64,000 nucleotides of DNA from a virus. The position numbers and the translations under genes are program-made. Positions within the stretch are counted from its first letter, which is position 1; every line of letters begins with the position of its first letter. The notes below the pieces were generated by a model. The model was not told the origin of the DNA. It did no database searches and worked only from the letters and a program-made list of their open reading frames with translations. Below are positions 24,331 to 33,295 of this stretch, one piece after another. Where the stretch lies: positions 32,001 to 96,000 of IMG/VR virus record IMGVR_UViG_3300037246_001677, one strand, 5' to 3'.

Positions 24331-25049
24331 AACTCCAAAATTATTTAATAGAAGATAATAAAAGTTTAGCTTACTATACTAAGAAAATTCAAGCCGAGTG
24401 CAAACCATTTCTGAAAGAAATTAAAGGCGCACGTGGAACTTTAACTAGACATCAAAAAGCACCAAATCCAGGTGGCGGTGGATCAATAAAAGTCAAAAAA
24501 GTAAATACTACTCCAGTATTCAAAAAGACAACCAGAAAAGATAGACAACCACTTGACTCACCATTTGACTTCCATATATTAATAGATGATTGGTTTGCAA
24601 ATAGTAAATTTGGATGGAGAGCAAGAAGTAGTGCGTTATTCTGTTGGGGCACGCCATTTCCATTACTCGCGTCAGACTGGATGGTATTTCCTGCTGGTAA
24701 ATTTCAGTATGTTTGGTCACCAAAAGTTACTGATTTATATGGTAAAGTAGAAATATTCTTTGAAAAGGGAAAAGGAGAAAAACGAAAAGCCGAACAAGAA
24801 TCAGATGGGCCAAAAAGTTTCGGTGATCCATATATGGACCGTGCAACTGATGAAGCATGGGAAGTATTTGAAAAGCAATTAGCTCCAACCTATACAAATA
24901 AAAATTTAAAAAAGGCTGTCGTGTCCTCAAAAGAAATAATGGTTAATTGTAGTTACTCATACCTTGTGAGACAAGAATTAATAGAAAATGTAAATGATTT
25001 ACTTGATTTAAGACTACAAGGTGCTAAATTCGTTGGAAGAAAATTATGA
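24327..25049 (+). CDS. Hypothetical protein, paralog of 29090-30169
   Basis: Shared C.PF.KE, R.DR.P.D.P...H, FGW.ARS, FP.GK..Y, DLY motifs. Confidence 0.7.
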   Translation: MKLQNYLIEDNKSLAYYTKKIQAECKPFLKEIKGARGTLTRHQKAPNPGGGGSIKVKKVNTTPVFKKTTRKDRQPLDSPFDFHILIDDWFANSKFGWRARSSALFCWGTPFPLLASDWMVFPAGKFQYVWSPKVTDLYGKVEIFFEKGKGEKRKAEQESDGPKSFGDPYMDRATDEAWEVFEKQLAPTYTNKNLKKAVVSSKEIMVNCSYSYLVRQELIENVNDLLDLRLQGAKFVGRKL

Positions 25050-25564
25050 GACTAAAACAATACTTAATAGAAGTAGAAGATAAAAAAATTTTCCTTGATA
25101 TGGATGGAGTTATAGTAGATTTTATGGCTTCTGTTGGAAAATTATTTAAGTTAACTGACTTCACAAGTTGGGAAGCAATGGGGAAAGAGAAATATCGCGA
25201 AATAAATAAAATGGGTGAAAGATGGTGGAGTCAAATGAAGTGGACAAACGATGGTAAAAAGCTTTGGAATCATCTAAAATCTTATGATGTAACAATTTTG
25301 TCCGCAACTCCAGTTGATCCAGTATCAAGAGCAATATCAATCAAAGGAAAAAGAAATTGGTTAACTAAAAATATTGGCTCATCCTATGCAAGCAACGCAC
25401 TTATAGTAATTGGAATTGATAAACAAAAATACGCTGATAAAAACCATATACTTATAGATGATTCAGAAAGAAATATTAGACAATGGAGAAGTAAAGGCGG
25501 AATTGGTATTCTACATAAAAATACTAGCGATACAATTAAACAATTGGAACAATTAAATATATGA
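25046..25564 (+). CDS. HAD-family 5'(3')-deoxyribonucleotidase
   Basis: DMDGV, LSA, K..W, LIDD...N...W...GG.GI. Confidence 0.88.
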   Translation: MRLKQYLIEVEDKKIFLDMDGVIVDFMASVGKLFKLTDFTSWEAMGKEKYREINKMGERWWSQMKWTNDGKKLWNHLKSYDVTILSATPVDPVSRAISIKGKRNWLTKNIGSSYASNALIVIGIDKQKYADKNHILIDDSERNIRQWRSKGGIGILHKNTSDTIKQLEQLNI

Positions 25565-26988
25565 AGTTTTTAGACTACATATCAGAAGCAAGAGAAATGT
25601 TAAAAGATTGGCAATCATATGTGAGTAAAAATCCAGAGCTTGCCGCTGGAGTTAAAGTACTCCAAAAAATAAACAAAGCTGGATATAAGGCTTACATTGT
25701 TGGTGGACCAGTACGTGATATTACCCTTGGTATTCAACCCAAAGATATTGATATAGCAACAAATATGCCAATGAAAGAACTTGATAAAATGTTTAGAACT
25801 TATGATATTGGTAAGTCAAAAGATTTTGGTATATTAGTTGTAAAGGAGGGAGGTAATGATTTTGAAGTCGCCCAGTTTAGAACTGATGGAAAATACATTG
25901 ATGGACGAAGACCGGAGTCAGTCAAAATCCAAGGAAGCTTTGAAGATGATGCTGGTCGCAGAGATTTTACAATTAATGCAATGGGAGTTAATGCGAAAGG
26001 AGAGATCATTGACTACTTCGATGGCAAACGAGATATTAAGAACAAAGTGCTCCGCACCGTGGGAGACCCCTTAAAAAGGTTTGGTGAGGACTACTTACGA
26101 ATGATGCGCCTTGCAAGATTTTCTTCAAGACTTGGATTTGAAATTGATCCAGAAACAAAGAAAGCTGCTAAGAAACTTTCACCTAATATACTAAGTCTTG
26201 CACCAGAAAGAGTTAAAGATGAGTTAATGAAGTCAGCCGCCCAGAGTGGTGAGAAGTTTGCTCAATATATTCAGATACTTGGAGACTTAAAAATACTTAG
26301 AATTATCTTACCAGAAGTAATGAATTTAAAATGGTTTAGAGAAAACTTACAACATCACCCAGAAACAAGAGGTGAGGGTGGTACAGTATACAGTCATGTA
26401 ATGGCTGCATTGAAACAAAGTAAAACAGCGGACCCAATTAAAAACCTAGCTATTTTACTACATGATATTGGTAAAGGAGTCACGTTTGCACCGAAGCCAG
26501 GTGCTGGAACACCAACATATTATAGACATGCAAGAAAAAGCGTTCGGTTAGTCAATGCAATTGCTGATAGACTTAAAATGAGTAATAAAGAACGTGATGC
26601 TCTTATATTTGGCGTTGGTAACCACATGAAATTTCATCAAATACTGGATATGAAACCATCTAAAATAGCCAGGCTTGTGTCAGATGAAAACTGGGAAGTA
26701 CTTGTGGCTGTCGGTAAAGCGGATGAGTTTTCTCGTGGTAAAACTTTTATGCACTCTGGTGATTTTGAAAAAATAGTTGATAAGGCAATTAAGATAAAAG
26801 AGAAATATGGAACAAAAGAAGTAGTAAAAAGAATAAAGCTTGTTAATGGAAACCATGTTATGAAAATAACTGGTTTACCACAAGGAAAGAAAGTTGGTGA
26901 TATAATTAGGAAAACAACCGAGTGGATCATGGACAACGATGTAAAAGATAAAGAAGTAATTGATAATTATATAATGAGTTTAGCATGA
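25561..26988 (+). CDS. cca: CCA-adding tRNA nucleotidyltransferase with HD domain
   Basis: VGG.VRD...DIDIAT, RRDFTINA, ED.LR..R..RF, ERV..E, HH, LLHDIGK. Confidence 0.9.
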   Translation: MKFLDYISEAREMLKDWQSYVSKNPELAAGVKVLQKINKAGYKAYIVGGPVRDITLGIQPKDIDIATNMPMKELDKMFRTYDIGKSKDFGILVVKEGGNDFEVAQFRTDGKYIDGRRPESVKIQGSFEDDAGRRDFTINAMGVNAKGEIIDYFDGKRDIKNKVLRTVGDPLKRFGEDYLRMMRLARFSSRLGFEIDPETKKAAKKLSPNILSLAPERVKDELMKSAAQSGEKFAQYIQILGDLKILRIILPEVMNLKWFRENLQHHPETRGEGGTVYSHVMAALKQSKTADPIKNLAILLHDIGKGVTFAPKPGAGTPTYYRHARKSVRLVNAIADRLKMSNKERDALIFGVGNHMKFHQILDMKPSKIARLVSDENWEVLVAVGKADEFSRGKTFMHSGDFEKIVDKAIKIKEKYGTKEVVKRIKLVNGNHVMKITGLPQGKKVGDIIRKTTEWIMDNDVKDKEVIDNYIMSLA

Positions 26989-27206
26989 GATTAAGAGAAT
27001 TTATAGAGAAGAAAACACAAGAGGAGCTAAGAGGTGATCTTATTAGAGCTATTGACTTGTCTAAGGACACTGAAGATATGATGCAAGCAGTAGCACTTAT
27101 TACTTCTGCTTCACAAGAATTAGAGAATGATACTCTTATTTTTGTTCAACATTATTTTGATAAAAAATGGGGAAATATGAGATCACAAGTGAGAAGCGTG
27201 GGATGA
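26985..27206 (+). CDS. Putative internal head protein
   Basis: MRLREFIE N-terminus; ATGA coupling. Confidence 0.55.
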   Translation: MRLREFIEKKTQEELRGDLIRAIDLSKDTEDMMQAVALITSASQELENDTLIFVQHYFDKKWGNMRSQVRSVG

Positions 27207-27397
27207 AATTCAAAGAATACATAGAAGAAGGAAAGGAAGCAAAATTCATAAAGGCTATTAAAGGTGCTGTGTCCATGGCTCAAGCCAGAAGATATAAAGA
27301 GTTATTTCATCTAATGGATATGAGTGAGAAAGAAAGAGAAAAAATAAAAAAAGCACTAGATATTAAGTTATCATCATTAGAGAAGAAAAGGAAATGA
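27203..27397 (+). CDS. Putative internal head protein
   Basis: MKFKEYIEE N-terminus; ATGA coupling. Confidence 0.55.
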   Translation: MKFKEYIEEGKEAKFIKAIKGAVSMAQARRYKELFHLMDMSEKEREKIKKALDIKLSSLEKKRK

Positions 27398-28818
27398 ATA
27401 AATTCAATGACTTCATATTTGATGGATTAGGACCAGCGGATCAGTTCAAAAAAATAAAAGTAATAAATGAAAAATCAGATAAAACATTTGACTTCAACGT
27501 TTTAATACTTACTAGCAAAGCTGATGAAAATCCAGATGGTCTTTACCAAACTGCAGAACGACTTGCTGATGAATGTACTAAAAAGGGAATATCAAATTAT
27601 ATAATGTTTTCAGAATCAGCAAGGTTAGAGTTGGACGATGATGGAAATTATACTGCATATAACTTAGAAGACCCCACTGGTTTTCCAGTTCTACCAGACA
27701 AAACTGTCGCCATAAACAGAGGTTCTGTTATGGAAAAGTTTAACTCACGTAATATAATTTCACAATTAGAAAGGGGAAACATCTTTTGTATAAACTGTAG
27801 AGAGTGTATAGAAGTGTGTAATGATAAGTATAGAACAATATTAAGACTCGCGGACGCTGGTATTGCCTCACCAAAAACAGTGCTCATACAGGGAGAAGAA
27901 GGAATAGATGATGCAGTAGAACAAATTGGTGGTAAATTCCCATATATATTAAAAACATTATTTGGGTCCAAAGGAATTGGGGTTATGTTTGTTGAATCAT
28001 TAAAATCATTAAAATCAATGCTTCAGCTTATATGGAAAGTAAGTGAAGATGAAGAACTTATACTTCAAGAATACATACCAACAGATTATGATGTAAGAGT
28101 TCACGTTTTAGGTGATGAAGTTATTGCCGCTATGAGAAGATATATAATAAAAGATGACTTCAGAAGTAACTACTCACAAGGTGGTAAAGTAACCAAACAT
28201 AAATTATCAGATATTGAAAAAGAAGCTTGTATTAAATCCTCAAAAGCCGTTGGTGCTTCATGGAGTGGTGTGGATTACATTCTTAACAGTAAAAAAGAGC
28301 CATTAGTAATAGAAGTAAATGCTTCACCGGGAACCGAAGGCATAGAAGAGGCAACTAAAGAAAATGTAGTTGGTAAAATATTAGATTGGGCCGGTGATAA
28401 AAGTAACTGGGATAAAGTATCCAAAGAAATTGGATATAAAGAAATGGTTAAAGTTAATGGATTTGACCTTGTAGCTAAATTTGATACAGGAAATGGACTT
28501 CTTTCTGTAATGCACGCTGATAAATATGAAATTAATAAGAAGAAGAAATTGGTTACTTGGACATCACATGGTAAAAAGTTTGAGAATGAATTAAAAGACA
28601 TAGAGGAAGTAGAAGTTGGTGGAGCTAAAAATTATACTGAAAAAAGACCAGAAATAGAACTAGATATGTTCTTTGATGGTGTGTTATATAAAGAAGTGGG
28701 GTTTACCTTAGATGATAGATCAGACAGGACACCAATATTAATAGATCGTAGTTTTATGAAAAGAGCAAATGTTTCGGTCAATCCAGCCAAACAGTTTGTA
28801 ATAACTGTAGAGGAGTAA
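27394..28818 (+). CDS. rimK: RimK-family ATP-grasp ligase fused to RimK-associated aspartic protease domain
   Basis: DK, P.ILK...GSKG.GV, QEYI, DVRV, FRSN..QGG, EVN.SPG; C-terminal KFDTG. Confidence 0.88.
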   Translation: MNKFNDFIFDGLGPADQFKKIKVINEKSDKTFDFNVLILTSKADENPDGLYQTAERLADECTKKGISNYIMFSESARLELDDDGNYTAYNLEDPTGFPVLPDKTVAINRGSVMEKFNSRNIISQLERGNIFCINCRECIEVCNDKYRTILRLADAGIASPKTVLIQGEEGIDDAVEQIGGKFPYILKTLFGSKGIGVMFVESLKSLKSMLQLIWKVSEDEELILQEYIPTDYDVRVHVLGDEVIAAMRRYIIKDDFRSNYSQGGKVTKHKLSDIEKEACIKSSKAVGASWSGVDYILNSKKEPLVIEVNASPGTEGIEEATKENVVGKILDWAGDKSNWDKVSKEIGYKEMVKVNGFDLVAKFDTGNGLLSVMHADKYEINKKKKLVTWTSHGKKFENELKDIEEVEVGGAKNYTEKRPEIELDMFFDGVLYKEVGFTLDDRSDRTPILIDRSFMKRANVSVNPAKQFVITVEE

Positions 28819-28820
28819 TA

Positions 28821-29093
28821 ATGAAACTTGATAAGTACTTAAAAGAAGAAAGACTGCATAGTAAAGATAAAAGAGCTATAATGGGATTTATGAAAAATCC
28901 ACCTAAATCTAAAACCGCCCATAAGATGCAGAGTGGTGAATTATTTAAGGTGGAGCCTACCAGTAATGGAGTCAAATTTATTTACGACAAGGATGACTTT
29001 GAACTTGTCACTACTCTTGTAGACATAGCAGACTCCCTTGGTGGGTATAAATTTCAATCAAAACCAGGTGTATTTATAGTGATGGTAAAATGA
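28821..29093 (+). CDS. Putative internal head protein
   Basis: MKLDKYLKEE N-terminus; GAGGAG SD. Confidence 0.55.
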   Translation: MKLDKYLKEERLHSKDKRAIMGFMKNPPKSKTAHKMQSGELFKVEPTSNGVKFIYDKDDFELVTTLVDIADSLGGYKFQSKPGVFIVMVK

Positions 29094-30169
29094 AATTTAC
29101 TGAGTATATAGATGAGTCCTCAAAGCGTGAATTGAAATTATATGGTATGATTCAATCTTTATACAAAAATTGCGCTCCATTTATAAAAGAGTTAAGAAAG
29201 TCAGGTGAAAATAAAGTACTGTGGAGAGGAACCAATAAAATCAGCACAACAACAATAAAACAAGTAACTCCAAGACAAGACCGTGCTCCAAAAGATATGC
29301 CAGTAGAAATACACGACGAACTTGATGTAAGATTCAAAAAGAAATTTGGATGGATGGCGAGAAGTGAAGGTGTGTTTATTACATCACAAAGAGCATCAGC
29401 GGAAACTTATGGTGATGGTTATATATTTTTTCCAGTAGGAAAATATGAGTACTTATATAATCCATTTATTAGTGATTTATATTCAGAAGTGGATTCTGAT
29501 TTAGATATATATAATGCATTTGTTGAAGGAGAAAATGCTGAATGGGAAATGGAATGGGAAAATGAGTATGGAGAAAATGAGTATGGAACATGGTATTATT
29601 TAGGAACAGACACAGGAGAGTCTGACACAGAAGAAGCAACAATAGCAGCAGCAGAGGCAGAAGGAATTGAATATGATGAACATGATCTTGAAAACATAGA
29701 AAATGATTTAGAGTGGACTCCTGAAGTGTCATTACAAGATTATTTGGATGAAAAAAAAGAAGGAGCAAAAGAAGAAGGAGTATATAATTTAGAACAAGTT
29801 TTGAAAGGTTATAGGTCCACTAATTTAGGATTGGCTATAAAAAGGAAAGTGGAAATTATGTTCAAATGTAAAAGTTATTATTTAATCGAAGGTCATTTCA
29901 AAAAGGATATTATAAAATATGTGTTGGAAGGTAAACCAATGAAGTTTAATCCTAAGCAAAAAGAACTTCCATTTGTCAGGGATCCAAATTGGAGAAAAAA
30001 ACCAGGGGTAAAACCAGCATTCATTGATCCATACAGCTTAGAAGACTGGAAAGTATCCGGACTTGGTATGAAAGCAGCCCATCAAAAGTTTGGTAAGTTA
30101 ATGTCAAAAGCTAAAAAGGGACACCAGAAACCAGTAATTAAAAATAAACTTAAGAAATTAATTAAGTAA
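29090..30169 (+). CDS. Hypothetical protein, possible ADP-ribosyltransferase fold, acidic insert
   Basis: LWRG...VFITS....A..YG pattern; paralog of 24327-25049. Confidence 0.6.
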   Translation: MKFTEYIDESSKRELKLYGMIQSLYKNCAPFIKELRKSGENKVLWRGTNKISTTTIKQVTPRQDRAPKDMPVEIHDELDVRFKKKFGWMARSEGVFITSQRASAETYGDGYIFFPVGKYEYLYNPFISDLYSEVDSDLDIYNAFVEGENAEWEMEWENEYGENEYGTWYYLGTDTGESDTEEATIAAAEAEGIEYDEHDLENIENDLEWTPEVSLQDYLDEKKEGAKEEGVYNLEQVLKGYRSTNLGLAIKRKVEIMFKCKSYYLIEGHFKKDIIKYVLEGKPMKFNPKQKELPFVRDPNWRKKPGVKPAFIDPYSLEDWKVSGLGMKAAHQKFGKLMSKAKKGHQKPVIKNKLKKLIK

Positions 30170-31610
30170 TCTCTATCTTATCAATATCAATGGTATCACC
30201 CTCTTCAAATAAGTACTCTGATATATGAAATTTTTCGGAGTCGTAGTATCTATACCTTACATCACCATGCTTTTCAAAGAAAGTAGTGTGGTCATGTAAG
30301 TCAAAGATGTACGCTCCGTTTTCTTTGTCCGCGTGGCTCCTCAAAGCCCTACCTATTGACTGCAGTACTCTAATTTTAGATTTAAATGGCGAGGCCAAAA
30401 TAATATACTTCAAGTTTGGAATATTGATCCCCTGTTGAAAAATACCATAAGTAGCTATAAGTGCTACATCCTTACGGTCTTTCATTTTATTTCTCCACTC
30501 TTCTCTTAACTCAACAGAATCCCTACCTGACAAGAACACTACTTCTTTATTAGTGATTAAATTATCTTTTAGATAATCACCTTCTTTCTCCACTTTACCA
30601 ACCAACAATAATGTATTGTGGTCAAAACGATCAACCAACCTATTAATGATAGATAATCTAAACTCGTTTGTAAAAACTTCATCTTTAACTTCATCATAAG
30701 TACCTTCATGTCGATCTCCTTTATATTCTAAATTTAACACATTAACATTACACTTACTGATAAATCCTTTATCAGCTAATAACCCCGATGGATACTCTTT
30801 TAGAATTGGGCCAAGATATGATTTAGTGTTCCAATTATCAAGTACTCCGGAGTGCATGGTTCCTGTAAATCCTAATCTATATCTTGCTCTAACTGACTTC
30901 ACTAAAATCTTTTTTAATTCAAAGGCTTTTGATTGGTGTACTTCATCTACAATCACACAATTATAATTCATCAACTTATCATGGTTATTCTTAAGCGTCT
31001 GCCAAGTTGATATAGTTATTGGATAATCCCATTGCTTTGACTTACCATGTACTCTACCTATAAAATCCTCTGGTATGCCATACTCTATCATATCACCATA
31101 AAATTGCTCAACCAAACTAATTGTAGGCACAATAATTATAGCGTTTTCAACACCAGATTTTTTCCTTTCCAATAGAGTTTTAACTACATATGATATGACT
31201 AATGACTTACCGCTGGCAGTGGCTGACCTAATTATTCCTTTGGTATATTTAAGACAGGCACGTATACTTTCTTTCTGATAATTGCGTGGGTATAGTGATA
31301 GGTTATATCTGGGTATGAATTTTGGTCCTTTAAATAATGACTTCACTTCAGTATCAACAGTTAACTTATGCCTTGGAAAGTGCATCTTATGTATTTTAAT
31401 TAACTCAAATAATAAACCATAAGGTAACGTATCAAACCTATGCATCATACAGGTTTTACCATTCCAACCACCACTTCTATACTGAGGCATATACTGAAAT
31501 CCCTCTACGTATTCAGTAAAGTGTTCTTTCATACCATCAAGATAATCAACATCTTCTGTGTTTATTTTTATCAGCATTGGATTCTGCTGGCTAATATTTA
31601 CTAATTCCAT
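30162..31610 (-). CDS. uvsW: SF2 DNA helicase (T4 UvsW-like)
   Basis: SATASGKS, DEVH, GFTGT, QSIGRALR; start placed at MELVNI. Confidence 0.9.
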   Translation of the reverse strand: MELVNISQQNPMLIKINTEDVDYLDGMKEHFTEYVEGFQYMPQYRSGGWNGKTCMMHRFDTLPYGLLFELIKIHKMHFPRHKLTVDTEVKSLFKGPKFIPRYNLSLYPRNYQKESIRACLKYTKGIIRSATASGKSLVISYVVKTLLERKKSGVENAIIIVPTISLVEQFYGDMIEYGIPEDFIGRVHGKSKQWDYPITISTWQTLKNNHDKLMNYNCVIVDEVHQSKAFELKKILVKSVRARYRLGFTGTMHSGVLDNWNTKSYLGPILKEYPSGLLADKGFISKCNVNVLNLEYKGDRHEGTYDEVKDEVFTNEFRLSIINRLVDRFDHNTLLLVGKVEKEGDYLKDNLITNKEVVFLSGRDSVELREEWRNKMKDRKDVALIATYGIFQQGINIPNLKYIILASPFKSKIRVLQSIGRALRSHADKENGAYIFDLHDHTTFFEKHGDVRYRYYDSEKFHISEYLFEEGDTIDIDKIEIT

Positions 31611-31821
31611 TTCTTTCATTTTTATCATATACTTTCTGAGCTTGACCACGTAATAACATACTGATTTTATACCAAACAATTGTATCTTCACATCCACATG
31701 GACATAAGTCCGGTGACCAACTACCACCACCTTTAAAATGTCTTTCATGAGTTAAACAATTTTCACAAAATATATCTCTCCCCTTTCCCGTCCATCCTTT
31801 TTCTATTGGTAATTTTGTCAT
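31591..31821 (-). CDS. Small Zn-binding protein
   Basis: CENC...H...C.C. Confidence 0.55.
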   Translation of the reverse strand: MTKLPIEKGWTGKGRDIFCENCLTHERHFKGGGSWSPDLCPCGCEDTIVWYKISMLLRGQAQKVYDKNERNGISKY

Positions 31822-32060
31822 TATACTAAAATATCTTCATCCTTTAAAAATTCTTTTTTTTCTGGGTATTCATGTACTCCAAGTGGTATATAAGGTGTAT
31901 AATAAAAACACTCTTCCCAATTAACATACCATCTACCTTTTAATTTACGCTCACGCTCAACTAATCTTGTCTTTACTATTTTAAATGAAATTTCAGATAA
32001 TCCATTTGCCATTGGTTGGACACCACATATTTCCTCAGCTATTAAATTTGGCAATCTCAT
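31821..32060 (-). CDS. Miniature major-capsid (gp23)-motif protein
   Basis: PNLIAEEICGVQPM, SFKIVK...RKLK..W, FYYTPYIPL. Confidence 0.7.
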   Translation of the reverse strand: MRLPNLIAEEICGVQPMANGLSEISFKIVKTRLVERERKLKGRWYVNWEECFYYTPYIPLGVHEYPEKKEFLKDEDILV

Positions 32061-32351
32061 ATCCCTATCCTCACAATTATATCAATTACTTTATCACTAA
32101 TTTCTGTTTGTTCAAGATTACAAAGATAATGACCAAACACATGTTTAGCATGGTACTCATATGAAGTATCTAATTTACCTTTCACAAATAATCTAATTAC
32201 TTGTGGACTAGTAAAATCACATAGCTCGTCATGATACGTTCCAAAAAATAATGGTACTGGTAAGTCATATTTTATACATAATGATTCTATCATTTTAAAC
32301 ACGTTTTGAAATCTATCACCTTCTAACCATTTACTCATATCCCTATCCTCA
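32056..32351. repeat. 18-bp direct repeat pair
   Basis: CTCATATCCCTATCCTCA at 32056-32073 and 32334-32351. Confidence 0.9.
32057..32338 (-). CDS. Hypothetical protein between direct repeats
   Basis: ATGA coupling at both ends; H..HVFGH motif. Confidence 0.6.
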   Translation of the reverse strand: MSKWLEGDRFQNVFKMIESLCIKYDLPVPLFFGTYHDELCDFTSPQVIRLFVKGKLDTSYEYHAKHVFGHYLCNLEQTEISDKVIDIIVRIGI

Positions 32352-32763
32352 TTGCATCTATAAATGACTTCATTCTCCACCCTACCTGTTCAAAGGCTTT
32401 AAATGCAATCTCAAAAAATCTCACTCTTGCTTTTTGCCTTGCCATAATTCTTTTCATCTGAATTATTTTATCATCGGATGGTATACAGTACTTCTCTATT
32501 TCAGGTTTAGACCACTCTTTGTCGTCGTCAAATCTATAAAATTTATACCGAATACCAACTAACTTTTCATATTTCATTTCCAGTTCTTCCATCACTGCAA
32601 GTTCTTTATAATATAACTCTTTGTATTTAACAATCATAAATGGATTTTCTTCCAGCTTTTCTGTTAAATTCAAATCTGTAAATCTGACCATATCATGAAT
32701 TGGGTGGTCCTCAAGTAGGTCTTTTACAATATTTTCTTCCTTCGTCATACTAAATTCCTCCAT
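32335..32763 (-). CDS. uvsY: Recombination mediator (T4 UvsY-like)
   Basis: Helical, about 140 aa; YKFY...E...Y..SD.......W..K..I pattern; upstream of UvsW. Confidence 0.7.
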   Translation of the reverse strand: MEEFSMTKEENIVKDLLEDHPIHDMVRFTDLNLTEKLEENPFMIVKYKELYYKELAVMEELEMKYEKLVGIRYKFYRFDDDKEWSKPEIEKYCIPSDDKIIQMKRIMARQKARVRFFEIAFKAFEQVGWRMKSFIDAMRIGI

Positions 32764-32768
32764 GAGTA

Positions 32769-32834
32769 ATTATATCGGATTAAATATAATATGTAAATTC
32801 ATATATTTACTTTTCGCTGTATTTAGTGTATAAT
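32769..32834. promoter_or_regulatory. Divergent sigma70-like promoters
   Basis: Minus TTTACA-17-TATAAT (32797-32769) and plus TTTACT-17-TATAAT (32806-32834). Confidence 0.7.
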
Positions 32835-32862
32835 ATAGAAAAGGGATGGAGAGGAAAATAAC

Positions 32863-33282
32863 ATGAAATTAAGTGCGGATGCAATAATATGTAAAGGTGG
32901 ATATTGGTTTGAGGGAGGTATAGATGGGTTTGACTTCAAGATACTAAAGCGCATAACTAAATCTGATGATGTGTTAGCACCAATGAACCACGTTACTGCA
33001 AAGCAATTCTTATACCAAAAAGGAGTTAAAGATGATGATAATAGAATCGTAGCAACTCTACTTAAAAGTATAAAAATATATGCTTATACAGATAAGAGCA
33101 AAATTGCACAAAAAGTTGGACAAGGGGTTGAGAAGCTATTTATTGTAAATCAAAGTAAAGTCGGAACATACATGGGATTTAATTTCTTATGTGCCCAGTG
33201 CGTGTGGACATGTAAGCAATCAAAATCAGTAAAGTTATATAGTTGCAAAGCATTTAAAAGAGATACATTTCAAGGGGATTAA
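32863..33282 (+). CDS. Hypothetical protein with C-terminal Cys cluster
   Basis: GAGGA SD; CAQC...CKQ...C. Confidence 0.7.
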   Translation: MKLSADAIICKGGYWFEGGIDGFDFKILKRITKSDDVLAPMNHVTAKQFLYQKGVKDDDNRIVATLLKSIKIYAYTDKSKIAQKVGQGVEKLFIVNQSKVGTYMGFNFLCAQCVWTCKQSKSVKLYSCKAFKRDTFQGD

Positions 33283-33295
33283 CGGGGGATTATAA

